Part shown: positions 9,208 to 19,809 of the stretch, in pieces | How the letters are laid out: every line of letters starts with the position of its first letter | Numbering within the stretch: position 1 is the first letter of the stretch | NCBI RefSeq assembly: GCF_000025945.1 | Contig: NC_006138.1 | Coordinates: 3,480,001 to 3,512,000 of the forward strand | Origin: Desulfotalea psychrophila LSv54 | GTDB lineage: Bacteria > Desulfobacterota > Desulfobulbia > Desulfobulbales > Desulfocapsaceae | DNA length: 32,000 nt | Direction of reading: 5' to 3' | The notes under the pieces: generated by a model | Databases searched by the model: none | Seen by the model: the letters and a program-made list of their open reading frames with translations, nothing else | Told to the model about the DNA's origin: nothing | Translations under genes and position numbers: made by a program

Positions 9208-9945
9208 ATGACAGATAAGAAAGATACCATCTTCCAGAACCCGGGTCCGGCCGAGGATTTTGAATTCAACAGCCGAGTCGTTGAAGTTTTTGACGATATG
9301 CTTGATCGTTCGGTTCCCTTCTACAAAGAGGTAATCCAGGCAAGCGCCCAGCTCCTGCAGCGTCACCTGAAAGAAAATGACAGCGTCTACGATCTCGGTA
9401 GCTCCACAGGAACAACCCTGCTCGAACTGTCCCGGGTACTGAAGCGCCAGGACATCTCCTACGTGGGAATTGACGCCTCCAAGCCAATGCTTGAAAAGGC
9501 TCGCCTCAAGGCTGAACTCTACTCAAAGGGAGATCAATTCTCCTTTCTGGAAGAGGATATCACCCAATTTTGCCATCAAGAGGCAGGAGCCGTCATCCTC
9601 CACTACACCCTGCAGTTTATCCGTCCCATGCAACGGGAAGAGGTTATGCGCAGAATATACGCCAGTCTTCGCCCCGGGGGAGTACTCCTGCTCAGCGAGA
9701 AGACCATCAGTCATCAAAAAGAACTCAATCGAGATTTCATTTCGATCTACCACCACTTCAAGAAAGACAGAGGCTATTCAGAACTTGAAATTGCCCAAAA
9801 ACGAGAGGCTCTGGAGAATGTTCTCATTCCATTTTCCCAGAACGAGAATAAGAATTTACTGAAGAAGGTTGGCTTTGAGTGTGTTGAATCCTATTTTCAA
9901 TGGTTTAACTTCTCCTCCTTCATGGCCATCAAACCACAGCCATAG
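9208..9945 (+). CDS. cmoA: Carboxy-S-adenosyl-L-methionine synthase
   Basis: 'DTIFQNPGPAEDFEFNSRVVEVFDDMLDRSVPFYKEV...VYDLGSSTGTTLLELSR...GIDASKPMLEKAR...FIRPMQREEVMRRIYASLRPGGVLLLSEK' is highly characteristic; paired with cmoB. Confidence 0.95.
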   Translation: MTDKKDTIFQNPGPAEDFEFNSRVVEVFDDMLDRSVPFYKEVIQASAQLLQRHLKENDSVYDLGSSTGTTLLELSRVLKRQDISYVGIDASKPMLEKARLKAELYSKGDQFSFLEEDITQFCHQEAGAVILHYTLQFIRPMQREEVMRRIYASLRPGGVLLLSEKTISHQKELNRDFISIYHHFKKDRGYSELEIAQKREALENVLIPFSQNENKNLLKKVGFECVESYFQWFNFSSFMAIKPQP

Positions 9946-9981
9946 GCCTTAACCTCTTTACCCCTTCCACAGACAAAAGAT

Positions 9982-10944
9982 ATGAAATACCTAAAACACC
10001 TCTCGGATGCAGCCGACAGAGAGGCCATAAAAGCACTTCACGATGAACGCCAGACCTGGGTCAACCAAGAGAAGAAGGGCTTTCTCCGCTACCGTGAACC
10101 CTACCTGCAACTGGCCAGGTTCAAGGCCGACTCCATCAATCTCGAAAACGACGTTGTGACCATCGGCCACGGCGAACAGATCAGCCACGAGGAGCAGGCA
10201 GAAATCCGTCAGGCTCTACGAGCATATATGCCCTGGCGCAAGGGTCCCTTCGCGGTCTTTGGTGTCGATATCGATGCAGAGTGGCGAAGCGAAAGAAAAT
10301 GGCAGAGACTGGAGAAGCATCTCCCAGACCTCAAGGGCAAGGTCATTGCCGATATCGGCTGCAATAATGGCTACTATATGTTTCGTATGGCAGCCCAGGA
10401 ACCAGCATTTGTCCTCGGCATCGAACCATCGGTGCAACACTACTACTGCTTTAAGGCCCTGGAAGAGATGTCGGGCCTGACCAACCTTGAGATTGATCTC
10501 CTCGGGGTTGAACACCTGCCCCTCTTCACTGAGTCCTTCGATGTCGTCTTTCTCATGGGAATCATCTACCACAGATCAGCACCCATAGAGACCCTGCGGG
10601 CCGTACTGGACTCACTAAAGCCGGGCGGCACCCTCATTCTGGAAACCCAGGGTATCCCGGGCGAGCAACCCTACGCCCTCTTCCCCGACAAGACCTACGC
10701 CAAGGTACCGGGCACCTACTTTGTCCCCAGTGCAAGTTGTCTGATTAACTGGATGCACAAGGCCGGTTTCATAGACGTTGACCTCTTCTGCGATCACCCC
10801 ATGTCCCCCGAAGAACAACGACAGACCGAATGGATGGAATTTGAATCCTATAAGGATTTCCTCGATCCAGAAAACCCGGAACTAACCCTTGAAGGTTATC
10901 CCGCCCCCCACCGTTTCTTTGTCAAAGCCACAAAGAAAATGTAA
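9982..10944 (+). CDS. cmoB: tRNA U34 carboxymethyltransferase
   Basis: 'RKGPFAVFGVDIDAEWRSERKWQRLEKHLPDLKGKVIADIGCNNGYYMFRM...PSVQHYYCFKAL...EHLPLFTESFDVVFLMGIIYHRSAPIETLRAVLDSLKPGG' typical CmoB. Confidence 0.95.
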   Translation: MKYLKHLSDAADREAIKALHDERQTWVNQEKKGFLRYREPYLQLARFKADSINLENDVVTIGHGEQISHEEQAEIRQALRAYMPWRKGPFAVFGVDIDAEWRSERKWQRLEKHLPDLKGKVIADIGCNNGYYMFRMAAQEPAFVLGIEPSVQHYYCFKALEEMSGLTNLEIDLLGVEHLPLFTESFDVVFLMGIIYHRSAPIETLRAVLDSLKPGGTLILETQGIPGEQPYALFPDKTYAKVPGTYFVPSASCLINWMHKAGFIDVDLFCDHPMSPEEQRQTEWMEFESYKDFLDPENPELTLEGYPAPHRFFVKATKKM

Positions 10945-11064
10945 CGACCTGCGCACAAAGCACCTTTTGTGCGCAAAAAGACATCCATCCCTTTTCTTTT
11001 AGTTCCAGTATCATATATCCTTGTCATAAAGCTTCTCTCTCCATAAAAAATACAGAGAAACAAT

Positions 11065-11967
11065 ATGACTATCTCACCCAGCATAAAAAATATCCTGATC
11101 TGCCCCTCCTGTCAAAGCCCCCTCCAATTCGGAGACGAAACCAGCTGCCCAAACTGTGGGGCACGCTATGGCAAAACAAAAGAGGGTAAGCTCAACTTCC
11201 ACCTGCAAGGCCCCAAAAGATATCAAACAGAGACAATCATCAATTCGGCAGTCCACTGTCCAAGTGACAACTTCTTTGGCCCCCTGCAGGCAAACCCCAC
11301 AGCAGAGGTCGATCTCAGCTCTCTGCCACCGATCCGCCATCTCTGCCCGGCTCTCTTGAGCTATATGCCAAGAGCCAAAACGGAGGAGGCCATCGCCCTC
11401 GATATTGGCTGTGGCAAAACACAGAACAGGGCCCCATGCCAACTGGCAGGCTATCAATATCTCGGCATTGACTACCGCGAAGCAGATGCTCTTTTCCTGG
11501 CCGATGCCCAGGCCCTGCCTCTGGCGGATAACAGTATCGACTTTGCCCTCTCCCTTGCCGTCCTTGAGCACCTACCCCACCCTGAAATCATGCTCAGAGA
11601 GGCCTTCAGAGTCCTGAAAAATGGCGCTAGATTCATTGGTTCCGTTGCCTTCCTCCAACCATTTCATGATGGTAGCTATTACCATTTCACCCACCTGGGG
11701 CTCTACTCTATGCTCCATGACATAGGCTTTGAAGTAGAGCTCATCGCCCCCAGCAGGGAATACTCAGTACTGATCGCCACGAGCAGGCAGCTCTTTAGAA
11801 AAATGGATAGAAGGTACAGCAAAAAAATCATCCAACCCATAATCTTTCTCCATAAACTCTGGTGGAAATTCCAACCAATCAGCCCCCATGACAGGGACCT
11901 CTCCGAAATCAAAAGATTATTAAAATTTTCCGGGGCCCACCACTTTGTTGTCCACAAAAAGCAGTAG
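11065..11967 (+). CDS. Class I SAM-dependent methyltransferase with N-terminal zinc-ribbon (Trm112-like) segment
   Basis: 'LICPSCQSPLQFGDETSCPNCGARYG' CxxC-x12-CxxC plus 'ALDIGCGKTQNRAPCQLAGYQYLGIDYR' and 'ALSLAVLEHLPHPEIMLREAFRVLKNGARFIGSV'. Confidence 0.85.
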   Translation: MTISPSIKNILICPSCQSPLQFGDETSCPNCGARYGKTKEGKLNFHLQGPKRYQTETIINSAVHCPSDNFFGPLQANPTAEVDLSSLPPIRHLCPALLSYMPRAKTEEAIALDIGCGKTQNRAPCQLAGYQYLGIDYREADALFLADAQALPLADNSIDFALSLAVLEHLPHPEIMLREAFRVLKNGARFIGSVAFLQPFHDGSYYHFTHLGLYSMLHDIGFEVELIAPSREYSVLIATSRQLFRKMDRRYSKKIIQPIIFLHKLWWKFQPISPHDRDLSEIKRLLKFSGAHHFVVHKKQ

Positions 11968-12146
11968 AGAAAACGGGAAGCTAAAACTATATCCTCACTG
12001 CCCTCTTGTGGTTACAGCTCTTCGTTCCTATAATCATGGCAGAGAATTTTTTGACTTACATGGGGAAGATTTGCCTTTGCCTAAAACTATGGTATATCTT
12101 TAGCTTATAACATGACCACCTATTTCAACGGAAAAGGAGTGTCTTT

Positions 12147-12698
12147 ATGGACCAGGAAAAATGTACATTATTTAGCAGTGGCCTCAAGGGTGCCGAAACA
12201 TCATTTGGCGAAACAGCGGAAAAGTGGGGGGTAAAAGAGGTTATCTACTCTTTTGAAACCCATAAGCTGCAAAGAGAGCGAAACGTCATTCTCCTTAGCC
12301 AAGAAGAACTTGAACGTGGTGATATCAGTATGGAGCTTGCCTCGCGCATGCTCAACCGCACCTACTACGAAACTAAAAAGATTCGTAAGGTTCTGCAGAC
12401 TATTTTTCATATGATTAACGGTGGCCATCAGGTTTTTGTTATTGGTACAATCCAGGACGATAAATCCGTAAAGGGTGGTACAGGTTGGGCAGTGGAACTT
12501 GCCAAAATGTTTAACCGACCACTGCATGTCTACGATCAACCAAACAAAAAATGGTTTACCTGGAAAAACGACTGGGTAGAAGATGAGCCTACTATTGAAT
12601 ACGATACCTTTGTTGGCTCTGGAACCCGCTATCTAAGCGATGCAGGGCACCAAGCCATTGAAGATCTTTTTGCCAGATCATTTAAAGAAACGAATTAA
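12147..12698 (+). CDS. Conserved hypothetical protein, putative SLOG-like Rossmann fold
   Basis: 'FSSGLKGAETSFGETAEKWG' and 'FVIGTIQDDKSVKGGTGWAVELAKMFNRPLHVYDQ' resemble the G-x-S-G-G-x-x-G-A and GGTGWAxELA motifs of SLOG-type proteins; not verified by profile search. Confidence 0.6.
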   Translation: MDQEKCTLFSSGLKGAETSFGETAEKWGVKEVIYSFETHKLQRERNVILLSQEELERGDISMELASRMLNRTYYETKKIRKVLQTIFHMINGGHQVFVIGTIQDDKSVKGGTGWAVELAKMFNRPLHVYDQPNKKWFTWKNDWVEDEPTIEYDTFVGSGTRYLSDAGHQAIEDLFARSFKETN

Positions 12699-12716
12699 GA
12701 ACCGTTCTAAAAGAGA

Positions 12717-12751
12717 GGTCATGGAAGAATTGCTTCTATGACCCTTTTTTT
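12717..12751 (+). terminator. Rho-independent terminator after the SLOG-like gene
   Basis: 11-bp stem GGTCATGGAAG/CTTCTATGACC (one G-U), loop AATTG, then C followed by 7 T. Confidence 0.88.
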
Positions 12752-13065
12752 CATCCTCCCTACCAAAAAAAATTCTGGCAACAAATACCAGTATCACCTT
12801 GCATTTACGGACTTTTCGCTGAATAACTGCAATTCATCCCTTTTTTTTTTCGTTGACATGATCCGCCAACAAAGGTTATATGTTGTCGTTTTGTCTACAA
12901 CCTACAGACCAAAAAAGATACTCATCTCCTTCTTTTTCCGTTGAAACAAGAACGGCCACCTTGATGACTCTCCTTTTGCTGCCATGCGCAGAAAACAAAT
13001 AGTAACAGCACGCCTCAGTTCATCTTCACGCGCCACCAATGTGGCCACAAAAGAGGGAAGAAGTA

Positions 13066-14193
13066 ATGAAAGCAATTATCGCTTTAGAAGACGGCACTAT
13101 TTTTGAAGGTAAATCGTTCACCGGTCGCGGAGAGGCAATTGGTGAAATCGTATTTAACACTTCTATGAGTGGTTATCAGGAAATACTCACGGATCCATCC
13201 TACACCGGTCAGATAGTTACAATGACCTATCCCATGATCGGTAACTATGGGATCAACCCTGAAGATATGGAATCTTCTTCGGTGCATCCAAAGGCATTTC
13301 TTGTAAAAGAATACAACGCTTTCCCATCAAACTATCGTTCAACCCAGCCTCTCGCCCAGTTCCTGGAAACATACGGAGTCCTTGGCGTAGAGGGATTTGA
13401 CACCAGGGCCCTGGTTCGACACATCCGTAAGGCCGGTGCCATGAAAGGTATCGTCTCCACCGAAGACCTTGACCATGCATCTCTTGTTAAGAAGGCTCAG
13501 GAGTGGACAGGCCTCGTCGGTCAAAACATGGTTGAACGGGTTTCCTGCGAAAAGCCCTATGGCTGGGCCGACAATATGCCTCTCAGCGGCAGCAACTTCA
13601 GCACAGCAAAGTCTGCGGATAATAACGAAAAAGCATTTAAGGTTGTAGCCTTTGACTTTGGCATCAAGTACAACCAACTGCGCATCCTTGCAGAGAAAGG
13701 TTGCCAGGTACAGGTAGTACCTGCCACAACCAGCGCCCAGGCAGTGCTTGACATGAATCCCGATGGCATTTTCCTCTCCAACGGCCCCGGCGATCCGGAA
13801 GGCGTTGAGGGCGTTGTTGACACCATCCGTGAACTGCTCGGCAAAAAACCAATCTTTGGCATCTGCCTTGGTCACCAAATACTCGGCCTGGCCTATGGAG
13901 CCCGTAGCTACAAGCTCAAGTTTGGTCATCGCGGCGGCAATCAGCCGGTAAAGAATTTAGAAACAGGCAAGGTAGAAATCACCTCCCAGAATCATGGTTT
14001 CTGCATTGACACGACAAGCCTGAACGAGGAGGATGTAAAAATCACTCACATCAACCTCAACGACAATTCCGTTGAAGGAATGCGTCACCGAAAATTCCCT
14101 GCTTTCTCAGTACAATATCACCCAGAACATGCACCTGGTCCACACGATGCGACCTACCTCTTCGATGAATTCATCGAGATGATGCAGCAGTAG
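13066..14193 (+). CDS. carA: Carbamoyl-phosphate synthase small subunit
   Basis: 'MKAIIALEDGTIFEGKSFTGRGEAIGEIVFNTSMSGYQEILTDPSYTGQIVTMTYPMIGNYGIN' and GATase 'PIFGICLGHQILGLAYGA'; start taken at 13066 rather than 13039. Confidence 0.97.
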   Translation: MKAIIALEDGTIFEGKSFTGRGEAIGEIVFNTSMSGYQEILTDPSYTGQIVTMTYPMIGNYGINPEDMESSSVHPKAFLVKEYNAFPSNYRSTQPLAQFLETYGVLGVEGFDTRALVRHIRKAGAMKGIVSTEDLDHASLVKKAQEWTGLVGQNMVERVSCEKPYGWADNMPLSGSNFSTAKSADNNEKAFKVVAFDFGIKYNQLRILAEKGCQVQVVPATTSAQAVLDMNPDGIFLSNGPGDPEGVEGVVDTIRELLGKKPIFGICLGHQILGLAYGARSYKLKFGHRGGNQPVKNLETGKVEITSQNHGFCIDTTSLNEEDVKITHINLNDNSVEGMRHRKFPAFSVQYHPEHAPGPHDATYLFDEFIEMMQQ

Positions 14194-14241
14194 CAGGGAT
14201 ATTTCTTAAATTCTTCATCCTCAACGTATAGAGACAGAATC

Positions 14242-17200
14242 ATGCCAAAAAGAACAGATATAAAAAAGATTCTCATCATCGGCTCTGGCCCAATTATTAT
14301 CAGCCAGGCCTGTGAGTTTGATTACTCCGGCGCCCAGGCGGTAAAGGCCCTGAAAGAAGAGGGATATGAGGTCATCCTCATCAACTCTAATCCGGCAACC
14401 ATCATGACGGATCCGGAACTTGCCGATGCCACCTACATAGAGCCCATCACCCCGGAATGCGTTACCAAGGTTATTGCCAAGGAGCGTCCAGACGCTCTTC
14501 TGCCTACCCTTGGTGGGCAGACAGCCCTGAACACCGCCATCAAGCTCGCCGAGCTAGGTGTTCTGGAACAGTACAATGTTGAGCTATTAGCTGCCGATAT
14601 TGCCGTGATCAAGAAGGCCGAGGGCCGGGAAGAGTTCCGTGATGCCATGCACGCAATCGGTCTCAATGTGCCAGAGTCTGCCATCGTCCACGACCTTGAG
14701 TCCGCCATGGCAGCAGGCGAGGACATTGGTTTTCCAATCATCGTTCGCCCAAGCTTTACCCTCGGTGGAACAGGTGGTGGTATTGCCTACAACCGCCAGG
14801 AACTGGAAGAGCTCTGTACCTCTGGCCTCGACCTCTCCATGACCACCGAGATCATGGTAGAGCGCAGTCTGCTTGGCTGGAAAGAGTTTGAGCTTGAGGT
14901 TATGCGCGATAAAAATGACAACGTTGTTATCATCTGCTCCATTGAAAACATCGATGCCATGGGCGTCCATACCGGTGACTCCATCACCGTGGCCCCAGCC
15001 CAAACCCTCACCGACCGTGAATACCAGGAAATGCGTGATGCGGCAGTTGCCATCATCCGCGAGATCGGCGTTGAAACCGGTGGTTCCAATGTCCAGTTTG
15101 CGGTGAATCCTGCCGATGGCGAACTGATGATCATTGAGATGAATCCTCGTGTTTCCAGAAGTTCAGCCCTAGCCTCCAAGGCAACGGGTTTTCCTATTGC
15201 CAAGATTGCAGCAAAGCTTGCCGTTGGCTACACCCTCGATGAACTGAAAAATGACATCACCGAGGAGACCTACGCATCCTTTGAACCCACCATCGATTAC
15301 TGTGTGGTTAAGATCCCTCGCTGGACCTTTGAGAAGTTCCCCGAGGCCGAGGATAAACTCTCCACAGCCATGAAGTCCGTCGGCGAAACCATGTCCATGG
15401 GTCGTACCTTCAAGGAGGCATTCCAAAAGGCAATGCGCTCGTTGGAAACAGGACGGGCAGGATTTGGTGGCGACGGCAAAGAGTTGCTCACCGACATCGA
15501 TGCCATAGACCTTGAGCATAACCTACGTACCCCGAACTCCAAAAGAGTCGGCTACATCCACGAGGCTCTCAAACGTGGTATGTCCCTGGAAGAAATCCAC
15601 GAATTCACCTTAATCGACCCATGGTTTCTCTACAATTTCAAGCAGATTGTTGAAAAAGAGGAAGAGATCATCGCGCACGGCTTTCAGGGCATCGACGCTG
15701 AGTTCCTTCGTGGCTGCAAAGAGTACGGTTTTTCCGACATCCAGCTCGGCTACCTGACCGGCACCACCGAGGACGATATCCGCAAGCTCCGTCTGGAGAT
15801 GGAGATAAGGCCTGTATACAAGATGGTTGATACCTGCGGTGCTGAATTTGAGTCTAACACCCCATACTACTACTCAACCTACGAGCAGGAAAATGAGGCC
15901 ATTGAAACCTCCGGCAAAAAAATTATCATTCTTGGTGGCGGGCCCAACCGTATCGGTCAGGGCATTGAGTTTGATTACTGCTGTGTCCATGCAGCCTTTG
16001 CCCTGAAGGAACTTGGGGTTGAATCTATCATGATCAACTCCAACCCAGAGACGGTCTCCACCGATTATGACACCTCCGATAAGCTCTACTTCGAGCCCCT
16101 TACCCGTGAGGATGTACTCAATATCATCGAACAGGAAAAACCCTATGGAGTCATTGTTCAATTTGGTGGACAGACACCTCTCAACCTTGCTGTCCCCCTT
16201 GAAAATGCGGGTATAAGGATCATTGGCACCCAGCCGGATGCCATTGACCGGGCCGAGGACCGTAAGCGTTTCCAACAGTTTCTGCAAAAACTGGGTCTGC
16301 GTCAGCCGGAAAATGATACCGTATCTACCCTTGAAGAAGCACTCGCGTCAGCAAACCGCATTGGCTATCCCGTTGTGGTTCGTCCCTCCTATGTACTGGG
16401 TGGACGAAACATGCGTATTGTCTATACAGACCAAGGTATTCGCGATTTCATGATTGCCGTTGGTGGCACCAATTTGGAACATCCTATCCTCGTTGATAAG
16501 TTCCTCCAGGAAGCCATTGAAGTTGATGTCGACGCCCTCTGTGATGGCGAAGATACCATTATCGGCGGCATCATGGAGCATATTGAAGAGGCAGGTATTC
16601 ACTCCGGAGATTCATCCTGTGTATTGCCTCCACACACCCTCTCTCTTGAGCTGGTAAAAGAGATCAAGGCTGCTTCAAAGGCCATGGCCAAAGAGCTTGG
16701 CGTTATCGGCCTGATGAATGTTCAGTTCGCCATCAAGGACAAGCAAGTCTATATTCTTGAAGTGAACCCTCGCGCCTCCAGAACCGTCCCCTTTGTCAGC
16801 AAGGCAACGGGAGTACCTCTGGCCAAACTCGCCACCAAGGTAATGATGGGTGCACGCCTCAAGGATCTTGGACTCACTCGCGACCCCTACATTGATCATT
16901 GGGCCGTTAAAGAGGCTGTTTTTCCCTTTGATCGCTTCGACAAGGTAGATACCCTCTTGGGACCTGAGATGAAATCAACCGGTGAAGTTATGGGCATTGA
17001 CGATAACCTCGGTCTTGCCATTGCCAAGGCACATCTGGCATCCGGTTCAACCCTGCCCACGGAAGGAACTGTCTTTATCAGTGTTCGAGACAACGATAAG
17101 GCACACAGCGTTGAGGTGGCAAAGTCACTCCTGCAACTTGGATTTTCTATCTGTGCCACCGCAGGCACCGCCCAATATCTCCAAGATAAGGATATCGACT

Positions 17201-17463
17201 GTAGCCCAGTGAACAAGATCAGTCAGGGACGTCCACATATTCTTGACAAGGTGCAGGATGGTCAAATCGCCTGGATCATAAACACCTCACTGGGAAGACG
17301 CACCACCGAAGATTCTTACCAGATCCGCAGATCGGCCCTTGATTATCACATTCCATACACCACCACCATCACCGGTGCTGCGGCAGTGATCAAGGCCATT
17401 CATGATCTCAGCACAAAAGAGCTTAACGTACAACCAGTTCAGTACTTTACCGGCAAAGAATAA
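14242..17463 (+). CDS. carB: Carbamoyl-phosphate synthase large subunit
   Basis: '[69 protein letters not shown]', duplicated ATP-grasp domains, 1073 aa. Confidence 0.99.
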   Translation: MPKRTDIKKILIIGSGPIIISQACEFDYSGAQAVKALKEEGYEVILINSNPATIMTDPELADATYIEPITPECVTKVIAKERPDALLPTLGGQTALNTAIKLAELGVLEQYNVELLAADIAVIKKAEGREEFRDAMHAIGLNVPESAIVHDLESAMAAGEDIGFPIIVRPSFTLGGTGGGIAYNRQELEELCTSGLDLSMTTEIMVERSLLGWKEFELEVMRDKNDNVVIICSIENIDAMGVHTGDSITVAPAQTLTDREYQEMRDAAVAIIREIGVETGGSNVQFAVNPADGELMIIEMNPRVSRSSALASKATGFPIAKIAAKLAVGYTLDELKNDITEETYASFEPTIDYCVVKIPRWTFEKFPEAEDKLSTAMKSVGETMSMGRTFKEAFQKAMRSLETGRAGFGGDGKELLTDIDAIDLEHNLRTPNSKRVGYIHEALKRGMSLEEIHEFTLIDPWFLYNFKQIVEKEEEIIAHGFQGIDAEFLRGCKEYGFSDIQLGYLTGTTEDDIRKLRLEMEIRPVYKMVDTCGAEFESNTPYYYSTYEQENEAIETSGKKIIILGGGPNRIGQGIEFDYCCVHAAFALKELGVESIMINSNPETVSTDYDTSDKLYFEPLTREDVLNIIEQEKPYGVIVQFGGQTPLNLAVPLENAGIRIIGTQPDAIDRAEDRKRFQQFLQKLGLRQPENDTVSTLEEALASANRIGYPVVVRPSYVLGGRNMRIVYTDQGIRDFMIAVGGTNLEHPILVDKFLQEAIEVDVDALCDGEDTIIGGIMEHIEEAGIHSGDSSCVLPPHTLSLELVKEIKAASKAMAKELGVIGLMNVQFAIKDKQVYILEVNPRASRTVPFVSKATGVPLAKLATKVMMGARLKDLGLTRDPYIDHWAVKEAVFPFDRFDKVDTLLGPEMKSTGEVMGIDDNLGLAIAKAHLASGSTLPTEGTVFISVRDNDKAHSVEVAKSLLQLGFSICATAGTAQYLQDKDIDCSPVNKISQGRPHILDKVQDGQIAWIINTSLGRRTTEDSYQIRRSALDYHIPYTTTITGAAAVIKAIHDLSTKELNVQPVQYFTGKE

Positions 17464-17515
17464 TTTCCTCCTCCCTACTCCGAGACATTAGAGTGGGACC
17501 GATAAAATACCAAAG

Positions 17516-17549
17516 AAGGGTGTAGGCCTAGACCTACACCCTTTTTTTT
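17516..17549 (+). terminator. Rho-independent terminator after carB
   Basis: 9-bp stem GGGTGTAGG/CCTACACCC (17518-17526 with 17533-17541) followed by 8 T. Confidence 0.93.
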
Positions 17550-17704
17550 GGTACTTTTCTTATACAAACCATTTTAATGCTCGACATAGCTTATTTATGT
17601 TTTAAAGTAGTGCCTTAGATTTATATTGTTTAGTATTTACTTTTTTTCTTGAGCGAAATTATATCGTTGCCTAGCACCGGTAAAAAGGGCGACCGGAGGT
17701 CTCT

Positions 17705-19759
17705 TTGAATACTTTTTACAAAAACTTGAGCATGTGGCTGGTCATTGGTCTTACCATGATTCTGCTCTTCAACCTCTTCAATCAACCCCAACCCACGAAC
17801 AACAAAATCACCTACAGCGATTTTATCTCAAACGTTGAGAGCAAGGGCATCAGTCGTGTCAGTATCACGGGTGATACCATCACAGGAAAACTACAAAACG
17901 GGCAAAGTTTTAAAACAATTTACCCAGCAAATGACGCTGAGATGATGTCAATACTACGCAAATCAGGCGTGGATATCGATATTAAAGAGGCAGAAAAAGA
18001 TTCCTTTTTCACAACTCTTTTCATCTCTTGGTTCCCCATGTTGCTCCTCATCGGTGTCTGGATATTCTTTATGCGTCAGATGCAGGGTGGTGGCAAGGGC
18101 GGCGCTATGTCCTTTGGCAAAACCAAGGCCAAGCTCATCCCAGAAGAGAACAACACAGTTACCTTTGCAGATGTTGCCGGTATTGACGAGGCCAAAGAAG
18201 AACTCGAAGAGATCGTTGATTTCCTCAAAGATCCAAGCAAGTTCACTGATCTTGGCGGAAATATACCAACGGGTGTGCTCCTCTCGGGCCCTCCGGGAAC
18301 AGGTAAAACCCTGCTGGCCAGAGCAATCGCCGGTGAGGCTCAGGTTCCATTTTTCACCATTTCCGGTTCCGACTTTGTTGAGATGTTTGTCGGTGTCGGT
18401 GCCTCCCGAGTTCGTGACATGTTTGCCGAGGGCAAAAAAAGTGCCCCATGTATCATCTTTATCGATGAAATTGATGCCGTAGGGCGTCACCGTGGGGCGG
18501 GACTTGGCGGTGGTCACGATGAACGTGAGCAAACCCTGAACCAACTCCTCGTTGAGATGGACGGTTTTCAAAGCAACGAAGGGGTTATTGTTATTGCGGC
18601 CACAAACCGCCCGGATGTACTTGATCCTGCCCTTCTTCGTCCAGGCCGTTTTGACCGTCAGGTAAATGTGCCCGTACCCGATCTGAAAGGACGTAAGAAA
18701 ATCCTTGAGATATACGCCGCTAAAACCAAGATGGCGCCTATGATTGACCTCGAAATTCTTGCCCGAGGCACCCCTGGTTTTTCCGGTGCCGATCTTGAGA
18801 ACCTGATCAACGAGGCGGCCCTTCTTGCTGCCAGAACAGGCAAAAAAGAGATCAACCTTGAGCTTCTTGAAAAGGCAAAGGATAAGATCATGATGGGGCC
18901 TGAACGACGCTCCATGATGCTTAATGAAAAAGAGAAAGAGATCACTGCCTATCATGAGGCAGGTCACGCCCTTATTGCCTGGCTCTTGCCGGGAACAGAT
19001 CCGGTCCACAAGGTAACCATCATCCCCCGTGGACGAGCACTTGGGGTTACCATGCAGTTGCCGGTGGATGAAAAATACACCCACTCTAAAACATTTTTAG
19101 AGAACACCATCTGTATTCTTTTTGGTGGTCGTATTGCCGAGAAAATTATCTTTAACGAGATTACCACCGGGGCAGGCAATGATATTGAACGTGCCTCCGG
19201 CCTTGCCCGCAAGATGGTCTGCGAATGGGGTATGAGCGACGAGCTTGGTCCTATCACCTACGGTAAAAAGGAAGAGCAAATTTTCCTTGGCAGGGACATT
19301 GGTCAGGATCGTGGTTTTAGCGAAGCAACCGCCCAGGAGATTGATGCAGCCGTACGCAATATTGTTAACAAGGCATCTATAAGGGTAACAAGACTCTTAG
19401 AGGATCATAAAGATATCCTGAAGAAGATGTCCGAAGAGCTGATTGAGAACGAGACTCTCAACCTCGACGATATCGAAGAACTCATCGAAAAGTTACGTCC
19501 CGGCCAGTACACAAGCAAAAAGCCCACGGTTGTTATGACCCAAAAAGAAGAACCAGTGGAGAAGGTACCGGTGGAAGAGCCGGTGATGGAAGAAGCGCCA
19601 GTGGAGGAACCAGTGGTGGAGGAAGCACCGGAAACGGCCAAAGCACCTCCTGCTGAAAAGAAGGCTCCGGCCAAGAAGGCTCCAGCTGTAGCCCCGGCTG
19701 ACGCCCCCGAAGCTGCACGGGAAGCGGATATGCCAGCTAACCCCTTTGACAAAAACTAG
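17705..19759 (+). CDS. ftsH: ATP-dependent zinc metalloprotease FtsH
   Basis: Walker A '[16 protein letters not shown]', SRH '[27 protein letters not shown]', HEXXH '[13 protein letters not shown]'. TTG start with GGAGG 5 nt upstream. Confidence 0.98.
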   Translation: MNTFYKNLSMWLVIGLTMILLFNLFNQPQPTNNKITYSDFISNVESKGISRVSITGDTITGKLQNGQSFKTIYPANDAEMMSILRKSGVDIDIKEAEKDSFFTTLFISWFPMLLLIGVWIFFMRQMQGGGKGGAMSFGKTKAKLIPEENNTVTFADVAGIDEAKEELEEIVDFLKDPSKFTDLGGNIPTGVLLSGPPGTGKTLLARAIAGEAQVPFFTISGSDFVEMFVGVGASRVRDMFAEGKKSAPCIIFIDEIDAVGRHRGAGLGGGHDEREQTLNQLLVEMDGFQSNEGVIVIAATNRPDVLDPALLRPGRFDRQVNVPVPDLKGRKKILEIYAAKTKMAPMIDLEILARGTPGFSGADLENLINEAALLAARTGKKEINLELLEKAKDKIMMGPERRSMMLNEKEKEITAYHEAGHALIAWLLPGTDPVHKVTIIPRGRALGVTMQLPVDEKYTHSKTFLENTICILFGGRIAEKIIFNEITTGAGNDIERASGLARKMVCEWGMSDELGPITYGKKEEQIFLGRDIGQDRGFSEATAQEIDAAVRNIVNKASIRVTRLLEDHKDILKKMSEELIENETLNLDDIEELIEKLRPGQYTSKKPTVVMTQKEEPVEKVPVEEPVMEEAPVEEPVVEEAPETAKAPPAEKKAPAKKAPAVAPADAPEAAREADMPANPFDKN

Positions 19760-19767
19760 TCCCATGG

Positions 19768-19804
19768 TTTTCCCGCATCCATGCAGTCCGTGGATGCGGG
19801 AAAA
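19768..19804. promoter_or_regulatory. Strong stem-loop in the ftsH-folP intergenic region
   Basis: 14-bp perfect inverted repeat TTTTCCCGCATCCA / TGGATGCGGGAAAA with 9-nt loop, ending 5 nt before the folP ATG; no T tract on the + strand. Confidence 0.75.
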
Positions 19805-19809
19805 ATAGT

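Noticed and set aside
12853-12882. TTGACA-N18-TATATG as a sigma70 promoter for carAB
   Set aside because: The -35 is perfect but the -10 is poor and the distance to carA is large (about 180 nt); plausible but not strong enough to list as a feature.
12738-12944. 68-aa ORF between the SLOG-like gene and carA
   Set aside because: It begins inside the right arm of the terminator hairpin and encodes a T-tract-derived low-complexity peptide.
14587-15003. 138-aa antisense ORF in carB, together with others such as 15169-15519 and 15874-16287
   Set aside because: All are antisense to a highly conserved gene and show no independent coding evidence.
17963-19084. 373-aa antisense ORF inside ftsH
   Set aside because: It lies entirely opposite the strongly supported ftsH, has no recognisable motifs, and has composition expected of an antisense shadow frame.
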